Assembly (NCBI GenBank): GCA_043228905.1
Contig: JBHGNT010000085.1
Location: 32,580-96,579 of the forward strand
DNA: 64,000 bases
Direction: 5' to 3'
Source of the DNA: Azolla caroliniana
Lineage: Eukaryota; Plantae; Polypodiophyta
The notes under the pieces were generated by a model. The model saw only the letters and a list, made by a program, of their open reading frames with translations, was not told where the DNA came from and made no database searches. The position numbers were made by a program, and so were the translations under genes. How positions within the stretch are numbered: the stretch's first letter is position 1; every line of letters starts with the position of its first letter. Shown piece after piece: positions 1 through 11,070 of this stretch.

Positions 1-3000
1 GTTGAGAAGAGCCCTTGAGTAAATGAAAATGTTCATACCTGGCTCGTGTAATATCGGATTTTTGTGTTCAAACATGCGAATCGAAGCTAACAACGCTAGC
101 TATGATATGGAATTAAAATATCAAGATTTTGAAACTCAGGTCGAGAGACATGACGAAATAACCAAATTTGAGGAGTGACTTGAGAGGAGCCCTTGAGTAA
201 ATGAAAATGTTCATACCTGGCTCGTGTAATATCGGATTTTTGTATTCAAACATGCGTATCGAAGCTAACAACGCTAGCTATGATATGGAATTAAAAAATC
301 AAGATTTTGAAACTCCGGTCGAGAGACATGACGAAATTTCCAAATTTGAGGAGTGAGTTGAGAAGAGCTAGGAGGTAAATTAAAATGTTCATACCTGGCT
401 CGTGTGATATCGGATTTTTGTGTTCAAACATGCGAATCGAAACTAACAACGCTAGCTATGATATGGAATTAAAAAATCAAGATTTTGAAATTCGGGTCGA
501 GAGATATGAAGAAATTAGGAAATTTGAGGAGCTAGTGGAGAAGAGCGGGTTAGTAAATTAAAATGTTCATACCTGGCTCGTGTGATATCGGATTTTTGTG
601 TTGGAAAATGCGAATCGAAGCTAACAACGTTAGCTATTATATGGAATGAAAAAATCAAGATTTTGAAACTCAGGTCGAGAGACATGACGAAATTACCAAA
701 TTTGAGGAGTGAGTTGAGAAGAGCCCTTGAGTAAATGAAAATGTTCATACCTGGCTCGTGTAATATCGGATTTTTGTGTTCAAACATGCGAATCGAAGAT
801 AACAACGCTAGCTATAATATGGAATTAAAAAATCAAGATTTTGAAACTCAGGTCGAGAGACATGACGAAATTACCAAATTTGAGGAGTCAGTTGAGAGGA
901 GCCCTTGAGTAAATGAAAATGTTCATACCTGGCTCGTGTAATATCGGATTTTTGTGTTCAAACATGCGAATCGAAGCTAACAACGCTAGCTATGATATGG
1001 AATTAAAAATCAAGATTTTGAAACTCAGGTCGAGAGACATGACGAAATTACCAAATTTGAGGAGTGAGTTGAGAAGAGCCCTTGAGTAAATGAAAATGTT
1101 CATACCTGGCTCGTGTAATATCGGATTTTTGTGTTCAAACATGCGAATCGAAGCTAACAACGCTAGCTATGATATGGAATTAAAAATCAAGATTTTGAAA
1201 CTCAGGTCGAGAGACATGACGAAATTACCAAATTTGAGGAGTGAGTTGAGAAGAGCCCTTGAGTAAATGAAAATGTTCATACCTGGCTCGTGTAATATCG
1301 GATTTTTGTGTTCAAACATGCGAATCGAAGCTAACAACGCTAGCTATGATATGGAATTAAAATATCAAGATTTTGAAACTCAGGTCGAGAGACATGACGA
1401 AATAACCAAATTTGAGGAGTGACTTGAGAGGAGCCCTTGAGTAAATGAAAATGTTCATACCTGGCTCGTGTAATATCGGATTTTTGTATTCAAACATGCG
1501 TATCGAAGCTAACAACGCTAGCTATGATATGGAATTAAAAAATCAAGATTTTGAAACTCCGGTCGAGAGACATGACGAAATTTCCAAATTTGAGGAGTGA
1601 GTTGAGAAGAGCTAGGAGGTAAATTAAAATGTTCATACCTGGCTCGTGTGATATCGGATTTTTGTGTTCAAACATGCGAATCGAAACTAACAACGCTAGC
1701 TATGATATGGAATTAAAAAATCAAGATTTTGAAATTCGGGTCGAGAGATATGAAGAAATTAGGAAATTTGAGGAGCTAGTGGAGAAGAGCGGGTTAGTAA
1801 ATTAAAATGTTCATACCTGGCTCGTGTGATATCGGATTTTTGTGTTGGAAAATGCGAATCGAAGCTAACAACGTTAGCTATTATATGGAATGAAAAAATC
1901 AAGATTTTGAAACTCAGGTCGAGAGACATGACGAAATTACCAAATTTGAGGAGTGAGTTGAGAAGAGCCCTTGAGTAAATGAAAATGTTCATACCTGGCT
2001 CGTGTAATATCGGATTTTTGTGTTCAAACATGCGAATCGAAGATAACAACGCTAGCTATAATATGGAATTAAAAAATCAAGATTTTGAAACTCAGGTCGA
2101 GAGACATGACGAAATTACCAAATTTGAGGAGTCAGTTGAGAGGAGCCCTTGAGTAAATGAAAATGTTCATACCTGGCTCGTGTAATATCGGATTTTTGTG
2201 TTCAAACATGCGAATCGAAGCTAACAACGCTAGCTATGATATGGAATTAAAAATCAAGATTTTGAAACTCAGGTCGAGAGACATGACGAAATTACCAAAT
2301 TTGAGGAGTGAGTTGAGAAGAGCCCTTGAGTAAATGAAAATGTTCATACCTGGCTCGTGTAATATCGGATTTTTGTGTTCAAACATGCGAATCGAAGCTA
2401 ACAACGCTAGCTATGATATGGAATTAAAAATCAAGATTTTGAAACTCAGGTCGAGAGACATGACGAAATTACCAAATTTGAGGAGTGAGTTGAGAAGAGC
2501 CCTTGAGTAAATGAAAATGTTCATACCTGGCTCGTGTAATATCGGATTTTTGTGTTCAAACATGCGAATCGAAGCTAACAACGCTAGCTATGATATGGAA
2601 TTAAAAAATCAAGATTTTGAAACTCAGGTCGAGAGACATGACGAAATTACCAAATTTCAGGAGTGACTTGAGAGGAGCCCTTGAGTAAATGAAAATGTTC
2701 ATACCTGGCTCGTGTAATATCGGATTTTTGTATTCAAACATGCGTATCGAAGCTAACAACGCTAGCTATGATATGGAATTAAAAAATCAAGATTTTGAAA
2801 CTCCGGTCGAGAGACATGACGAAATTTCCAAATTTGAGGAGTGAGTTGAGAAGAGCTAGGAGGTAAATTAAAATGTTCATACCTGGCTCGTGTGATATCG
2901 GATTTTTGTGTTCAAACATGCGAATCGAAACTAACAACGCTAGCTATGATATGGAATTAAAAAATCAAGATTTTGAAATTCGGGTCGAGAGATATGAAGA

Positions 3001-3240
3001 AATTAGGAAATTTGAGGAGCTAGTGGAGAAGAGCGGGTTAGTAAATTAAAATGTTCATACCTGGCTCGTGTGATATCGGATTTTTGTGTTGGAAAATGCG
3101 AATCGAAGCTAACAACGTTAGCTATTATATGGAATGAAAAAATCAAGATTTTGAAACTCAGGTCGAGAGACATGACGAAATTTCCAAATTTGAGGAGTGA
3201 GTTGAGAGGAGCCCTTGAGTAAATGAAAATGTTCATACCT
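1..3240. repeat. 7-mer HOR, 1244-bp period, ~2.6 copies (begins before the window)
   Basis: M at 515, 1759, 3003 (spacing 1244 = 7x178-2). Diagnostic variants AAAATATCAAG and GAAATAACC recur at +1244. Confidence 0.9.
441..650. repeat. Divergent marker segment M (first of 20 full copies)
   Basis: About 20 substitutions relative to consensus over ~210 bp, e.g. ACTCAGG>ATTCGGG, TACC>TAGG, GCCCTTGAG>GCGGGTTAG, TTCAAAC>TTGGAAA, GAATTA>GAATGA. Loss of minus-strand stop codons creates the 96-aa ORFs in the track. Confidence 0.9.
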
Positions 3241-5494
3241 GGCTCGTGTGATATCGGATTTTTGTGTTCAAACATGGCAATCGAAGCTAACAACGCTAGC
3301 TATGATATGGAATTAAAAAATACAGATTTTGAAACTCAGATCAAGAGACATGAGGAAATTACCAAATTTGAGGAGTGAGTTGAGAAGAGCTAGGAGGTAA
3401 ATCAAAATGTTCATACCTGGCTCGTGTGATATCGAATTTTTGTGTTCAAACATGCGAATCGAAGATAACAACGCTAGCTATAATATGGAATTAAAAAATC
3501 AAGATTTTGAAACTCAGGTCGAGAGACATGACGAAATTACCAAATTTCAGGAGTGAGTTGAGAGGAGCCCTTGAGTAAATGAAAATGTTCATACCTGGCT
3601 CGTATCATATCGGATTTTTGTGTTCAAACATGCGAATCGAAGCTAACAACGCTAGCTATGATATGGAATTAAAAAATCAAGATTTTGAAACTCAGGTCGA
3701 GAGACATGACGAAATTACCAAATTTGAGGAGTGAGTTGAGAAGAGCTAGGAGGTAAATTAAAATGTTCATACCTGGCTCGTGTGATATCGAATTTTTGTG
3801 TTCAAACATGCGAATCGAAGCTAACAACACTAGCTATGATATGGAATTAAAAAATCAAGATTTTGAAACTCCGGTCGAGAGACATGACGAAATTTCCAAA
3901 TTTGAGGAGTGAGTTGAGAGGAGCCCTTGAGTAAATTAAAATGTTCATACCTGGCTCGTGTGATATCGGATTTTTGTGTTCAAACATGGGAATCGAAGCT
4001 AACAACGCTAGCTATGATATGGAATTAAAAAATCAAGATTTTGAAACTCAGATCAAGAGACATGACGAAATTACCAAATTTGAGGAGTGAGTTGAGAAGA
4101 GCTAGGAGGTAAATTGAAATGTTCATACCTGGCTCGTGTGATATCGAATTTTTGTGTTCAAACATGGGAATCGAAGATAACAACGCTAGCTATAATATGG
4201 AATTAAAAAATCAAGATTTTGAAACTCAGGTCGAGAGACATGACGAGATTACCAAATTTGAGGAGTCAGTTGAGAGGAGCCCTTGAGTAAATGAAAATGT
4301 TCATACCTGGCTCGTGTAATATCGGATTTTTGTGTTCAAACATGCGAATCGAAGCTAACAACGCTAGCTATGATATGGAATTAAAAATCAAGATTTTGAA
4401 ACTCAGGTCGAGAGACATGACGAAATTACCAAATTTCAGGAGTGAGTTGAGAAGAGCCCTTGAGTAAATGAAAATGTTCATACCTGGCTCGTGTAATATC
4501 GGATTTTTGTGTTCAAACATGCGAATCGAAGCTAACAACGCTAGCTATGATATGGAATTAAAAAATCAAGATTTTGAAACTCAGGTCGAGAGACATGACG
4601 AGATTACCAAATTTGAGGAGTCACTTGAGAGGAGCCCTTGAGTAAATGAAAATGTTCATACCTGGCTCGTGTAATATCGGATTTTTGTGTTCAAACATGC
4701 GTATCGAAGCTAACAACGCTAGCTATGATATGGAATTAAAAAATCAAAATTTTGAAACTCCGGTCGAGAGACATGACGAAATTTCCAAATTTGAGGAGTG
4801 AGTTGAGAGGAGCCCTTGAGTAAATTAAAATGTTCATACCTGGCTCGTATCATATCGGATTTTTGTGTTCAAACATGCGAATCAAAGCTAACAACCCTAG
4901 CTATGATATGGAATTAAAAAATCAAGATTTTGAAACTCAGGTCGAGAGACATGACGAAATTACCAAATTTGAGGAGTGAGTTGAGAAGAGCTAGGAGGTA
5001 AATTAAAATGTTCATACCTGGCTCGTGTGATATCAAATTCTTGTGTTCAAACATGCGAATCGAAGCTAACAACGCTAGCTATGATATGGAATTAAAAAAT
5101 CAAGATTTTGAAACTCCGGTCGAGAGACATGACGAAAGTTCCAAATTTGAGGAGTGAGTTGAGAGGAGCCCTTGAGTAAATTAAAATGTTCATACCTGGC
5201 TCGTGTGATATCGGATTTTTGTGTTCAAACATGGGAATCGAAGCTAACAACGCTAGCTATGATATGGAATTAAAAAATCAAGATTTTGAAACTCAGATCA
5301 AGAGACATGACGAAATTACCAAATTTGAGGAGTGAGTTGAGAAGAGCTAGGAGGTAAATTAAAATGGTCATACCTGGCTCGTGTGATATCGGATTTTTGT
5401 GTTCAAACATGCGAATCGAAACTAACAACGCTAGCTATGATATGGAATTAAAAAATCAAGATTTTGAAATTCGGGTCGAGAGATATGAAGAAAT
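3003..5494. repeat. 14-mer HOR half-unit (2491 bp) from M(GG allele) to M(GT allele)
   Basis: The same length and monomer order recur at 21670-24161 and 31098-33589 (AAATACAG, TTTCAGG, GTATCAT, AACACTAG, GAGATTACC, GTCACTTG, AACCCTAG, CAAATTCTTG, GAAAGTTCC). Confidence 0.88.
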
Positions 5495-6249
5495 TAGGAA
5501 ATTTGAGGAGCTAGTGGAGAAGAGCGGGTTAGTAAATTAAAATGTTCATACCTGGCTCGTGTGATATCGGATTTTTGTGTTGTAAAATGCGAATCGAAGC
5601 TAACAACGTTAGCTATTATATGGAATGAAAAAATCAAGATTTTGAAACTCAGGTCGAGAGACATGACGAAATTTCCAAATTTGAGGAGTGAGTTGAGAGG
5701 AGCCCTTGAGTAAATTAAAATGTTCATACCTGGCTCGTGTGATATCGGATTTTTGTGTTCAAACATGGCAATCGAAGCTAACAACGCTAGCTATGATATG
5801 GAATTAAAAAATCAAGATTTTGAAACTCAGATCAAGAGACATGAGGAAATCACCAAATTTGAGGAGTGAGTTGAGAAGAGCTAGGAGGTAAATCAAAATG
5901 TTCATACCTGGCTCGTGTGATATCGAATTTTTGTATTCAAACATGCGAATCGAAGATAACAACGCTAGCTATGATATGGAATTAAAAAATCAAGATTTTG
6001 AAACTCAGGTCGAGAGACATGACGAAATTACCAAATTTGAGGAGTGAGTTGAGAGGAGCCCTTGAGTAAATGAAAATGTTCATACCTGGCTCGTGTAATA
6101 TCGGATTTTTGTGTTCAAACATGCGAATCGAAGCTAACAACGCTAGCTATGATATGGAATTAAAAATTAAGATTTTGAAACTCAGGTCGAGAGACATGAC
6201 GAAATTACCAAATTTGAGGAGTGAGTTGAGAAGAGCCCTTGAGTAAATG

Positions 6250-7700
6250 AAAATGTTCATACCTGGCTCGTGTAATATCGGATTTTTGTGTTCAAACATG
6301 CGAATCGAAGCTAACAACGCTAGCTATGATATGGAATTAAAAAATCAAGATTTTGAAACTCAGGTCGAGAGACATGACGAAATTACCAAATTTGAGGAGT
6401 GAGTTGAGAGGAGCCCTTGAGTAAATGAAAATGTTCATACCTGGCTCGTGTAATATCGGATTTTTGTGTTCAAACATGGCAATCGAAGCTAACAACGCTA
6501 GCTATGATATGGAATTAAAAAATCAAGATTTTGAAACTCCGGTCGAGAGACATGAGGAAATTACCAAATTTGAGGAGTGAGTTGAGAGGAGCCCTTGAGT
6601 AAATGAAAATGTTCATACCTGGCTCGTGTAATATCGGATTTTTGTGTTCAAACATGCGAATCGAAGCTAACAACGCTAGCTATGATATGGAATTAAAAAT
6701 TAAGATTTTGAAACTCAGGTCGAGAGACATGACGAAATTTCCAAATTTGAGGAGTGAGTTGAGAGGAGCCCTTGAGTAAATGAAAATGTTCATACCTGGC
6801 TCGTGTAATATCGGATTTTTGTGTTCAAACATGCGAATCGAAGCTAACAACGCTAGCTATGATATGGAATTAAAAATCAAGATTTTGAAACTCAGGTCGA
6901 GAGACATGACGAAATTACCAAATTTGAGGAGTGAGTTGAGAAGAGCCCTTGAGTAAATGAAAATGTTCATACCTGGCTCGTGTAATATCGGATTTTTGTG
7001 TTCAAACATGCGTATCGAAGCTAACAACGCTAGCTATGATATGGAATTAAAAAATCAAGATTTTGAAACTCAGGTCGAGAGACATGACGAAATTACCAAA
7101 TTTGAGGAGTGAGTTGAGAGGAGCCCTTGAGTAAATGAAAATGTTCATACCTGGCTCGTGTAATATCGGATTTTTGTGTTCAAACATGGCAATCGAAGCT
7201 AACAACGCTAGCTATGATATGGAATTAAAAAATCAAGATTTTGAAACTCCGGTCGAGAGACATGAGGAAATTACCAAATTTGAGGAGTGAGTTGAGAGGA
7301 GCCCTTGAGTAAATGAAAATGTTCATACCTGGCTCGTGTAATATCGGATTTTTGTGTTCAAACATGCGAATCGAAGCTAACAACGCTAGCTATGATATGG
7401 AATTAAAAATTAAGATTTTGAAACTCAGGTCGAGAGACATGACGAAATTTCCAAATTTGAGGAGTGAGTTGAGAGGAGCCCTTGAGTAAATGAAAATGTT
7501 CATACCTGGCTCGTGTAATATCGGATTTTTGTGTTCAAACATGCGAATCGAAGCTAACAACGCTAGCTATGATATGGAATTAAAAATCAAGATTTTGAAA
7601 CTCAGGTCGAGAGACATGACGAAATTACCAAATTTGAGGAGTGAGTTGAGAAGAGCCCTTGAGTAAATGAAAATGTTCATACCTGGCTCGTGTAATATCG
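6250..7700. repeat. 4-mer tandem duplication, 710-bp period (again at ~12650-14100)
   Basis: CATGGCAATC followed by CCGGTC...GAGGAAA occurs at ~6475 and ~7185, and at ~12873 and ~13583. Confidence 0.78.
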
Positions 7701-7999
7701 GATTTTTGTGTTCAAACATGGCAATCGAAGCTAACAACGGTAGCTATGATATGGAATTAAAAAATCAAGATTTTGAAACTCAGATCAAGAGACATGAGGA
7801 AATTACCAAATTTGAGGAGTGAGTTGAGAAGAGCTAGGAGGTAAATCAAAATGTTCATACCTGGCTCGTGTGATATCGAATTTTTGTGTTCAAACATGCG
7901 AATCGAAGATAACAACGCTAGCTATGATATGGAATTAAAAATCAAGATTTTGAAACTCAGGTCGAGAGACATGACGAAATTACCAAATTTGAGGAGTGA

Positions 8000-10900
8000 G
8001 TTGAGAAGAGCCCTTGAGTAAATGAAAATGTTCATACCTGGCTCGTGTAATATCGGATTTTTGTATTCAAACATGCGTATCGAAGCTAACAACGCTAGCT
8101 ATGATATGGAATTAAAAAATCAAGATTTTGAAACTCCGGTCGAGAGACATGACGAAATTTCCAAATTTGAGGAGTGAGTTGAGAAGAGCTAGGAGGTAAA
8201 TTAAAATGTTCATACCTGGCTCGTGTGATATCGGATTTTTGTGTTCAAACATGTGAATTGAAACTAACAACGCTAGCTATGATATGGAATTAAAAAATCA
8301 AGATTTTGAAATTCGGGTCGAGAGATATGAAGAAATTAGGAAATTTGAGGAGCTAGTGGAGAAGAGCGGGTTAGTAAATTAAAATGTTCATACCTGGCTC
8401 GTGTGATATCGGATTTTTGTGTTGGAAAATGCGAATCGAAGCTAACAACGTTAGCTATTATATGGAATGAAAAAATCAAGATTTTGAAACTCAGGTCGAG
8501 AGACATGACGAAATTACCAAATTTGAGGAGTGAGTTGAGAAGAGCCCTTGAGTAAATGAAAATGTTCATACCTGGCTCGTGTAATATCGGATTTTTGTGT
8601 TCAAACATGCGAATCGAAGATAACAACGCTAGCTATAATATGGAATTAAAAAATCAAGATTTTGAAACTCAGGTCGAGAGACATGACGAAATTACCAAAT
8701 TTGAGGAGTCAGTTGAGAGGAGCCCTTGAGTAAATGAAAATGTTCATACCTGGCTCGTGTAATATCGGATTTTTGTGTTCAAACATGCGAATCGAAGCTA
8801 ACAACGCTAGCTATGATATGGAATTAAAAATCAAGATTTTGAAACTCAGGTCGAGAGACATGACGAAATTACCAAATTTGAGGAGTGAGTTGAGAAGAGC
8901 CCTTGAGTAAATGAAAATGTTCATACCTGGCTCGTGTAATATCGGATTTTTGTGTTCAAACATGCGAATCGAAGCTAACAACGCTAGCTATGATATGGAA
9001 TTAAAAATCAAGATTTTGAAACTCAGGTCGAGAGACATGACGAAATTACCAAATTTGAGGAGTGAGTTGAGAAGAGCCCTTGAGTAAATGAAAATGTTCA
9101 TACCTGGCTCGTGTAATATCGGATTTTTGTGTTCAAACATGCGAATCGAAGCTAACAACGCTAGCTATGATATGGAATTAAAATATCAAGATTTTGAAAC
9201 TCAGGTCGAGAGACATGACGAAATAACCAAATTTGAGGAGTGACTTGAGAGGAGCCCTTGAGTAAATGAAAATGTTCATACCTGGCTCGTGTAATATCGG
9301 ATTTTTGTATTCAAACATGCGTATCGAAGCTAACAACGCTAGCTATGATATGGAATTAAAAAATCAAGATTTTGAAACTCCGGTCGAGAGACATGACGAA
9401 ATTTCCAAATTTGAGGAGTGAGTTGAGAAGAGCTAGGAGGTAAATTAAAATGTTCATACCTGGCTCGTGTGATATCGGATTTTTGTGTTCAAACATGCGA
9501 ATCGAAACTAACAACGCTAGCTATGATATGGAATTAAAAAATCAAGATTTTGAAATTCGGGTCGAGAGATATGAAGAAATTAGGAAATTTGAGGAGCTAG
9601 TGGAGAAGAGCGGGTTAGTAAATTAAAATGTTCATACCTGGCTCGTGTGATATCGGATTTTTGTGTTGGAAAATGCGAATCGAAGCTAACAACGTTAGCT
9701 ATTATATGGAATGAAAAAATCAAGATTTTGAAACTCAGGTCGAGAGACATGACGAAATTACCAAATTTGAGGAGTGAGTTGAGAAGAGCCCTTGAGTAAA
9801 TGAAAATGTTCATACCTGGCTCGTGTAATATCGGATTTTTGTGTTCAAACATGCGAATCGAAGATAACAACGCTAGCTATAATATGGAATTAAAAAATCA
9901 AGATTTTGAAACTCAGGTCGAGAGACATGACGAAATTACCAAATTTGAGGAGTCAGTTGAGAGGAGCCCTTGAGTAAATGAAAATGTTCATACCTGGCTC
10001 GTGTAATATCGGATTTTTGTGTTCAAACATGCGAATCGAAGCTAACAACGCTAGCTATGATATGGAATTAAAAATCAAGATTTTGAAACTCAGGTCGAGA
10101 GACATGACGAAATTACCAAATTTGAGGAGTGAGTTGAGAAGAGCCCTTGAGTAAATGAAAATGTTCATACCTGGCTCGTGTAATATCGGATTTTTGTGTT
10201 CAAACATGCGAATCGAAGCTAACAACGCTAGCTATGATATGGAATTAAAAATCAAGATTTTGAAACTCAGGTCGAGAGACATGACGAAATTACCAAATTT
10301 GAGGAGTGAGTTGAGAAGAGCCCTTGAGTAAATGAAAATGTTCATACCTGGCTCGTGTAATATCGGATTTTTGTGTTCAAACATGCGAATCGAAGCTAAC
10401 AACGCTAGCTATGATATGGAATTAAAAAATCAAGATTTTGAAACTCAGGTCGAGAGACATGACGAAATTACCAAATTTCAGGAGTGACTTGAGAGGAGCC
10501 CTTGAGTAAATGAAAATGTTCATACCTGGCTCGTGTAATATCGGATTTTTGTATTCAAACATGCGTATCGAAGCTAACAACGCTAGCTATGATATGGAAT
10601 TAAAAAATCAAGATTTTGAAACTCCGGTCGAGAGACATGACGAAATTTCCAAATTTGAGGAGTGAGTTGAGAAGAGCTAGGAGGTAAATTAAAATGTTCA
10701 TACCTGGCTCGTGTGATATCGGATTTTTGTGTTCAAACATGCGAATCGAAACTAACAACGCTAGCTATGATATGGAATTAAAAAATCAAGATTTTGAAAT
10801 TCGGGTCGAGAGATATGAAGAAATTAGGAAATTTGAGGAGCTAGTGGAGAAGAGCGGGTTAGTAAATTAAAATGTTCATACCTGGCTCGTGTGATATCGG

Positions 10901-11070
10901 ATTTTTGTGTTGGAAAATGCGAATCGAAGCTAACAACGTTAGCTATTATATGGAATGAAAAAATCAAGATTTTGAAACTCAGGTCGAGAGACATGACGAA
11001 ATTTCCAAATTTGAGGAGTGAGTTGAGAGGAGCCCTTGAGTAAATGAAAATGTTCATACCTGGCTCGTGT
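8000..11070. repeat. Second cluster of the 7-mer 1244-bp HOR
   Basis: M at 8336, 9580, 10824. The block matches 1-3240 at offset 7821, including AAATATCAAG (1360/9181) and TTTCAGGAGTGAC (~2655/~10476). Confidence 0.88.

Noticed and set aside
1-178. Identity with Arabidopsis CEN178, Brassica CentBr or alpha satellite
   Set aside because: Only the length is similar; I recognise no shared sequence. A database search is needed for any assignment.
1-178. 5S rRNA, tRNA or snRNA tandem gene array
   Set aside because: No recognisable conserved RNA gene sequence, Pol III boxes or gene-plus-spacer organisation.
1-178. Four ~45-bp subrepeats explaining the 45-bp indels
   Set aside because: Splitting the monomer into quarters shows no visible similarity, and the junctions use only 2-bp microhomologies.
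364-380. A/B box dimorphism as a micro-inversion
   Set aside because: The reverse complement of CCTTGA is TCAAGG, not TAGGAG.
596-613. CENP-B box-like GTTGGAAA in marker M
   Set aside because: Only the non-essential middle matches. The required TTCG and CGGG of nTTCGnnnnAnnCGGGn are absent at the correct positions.
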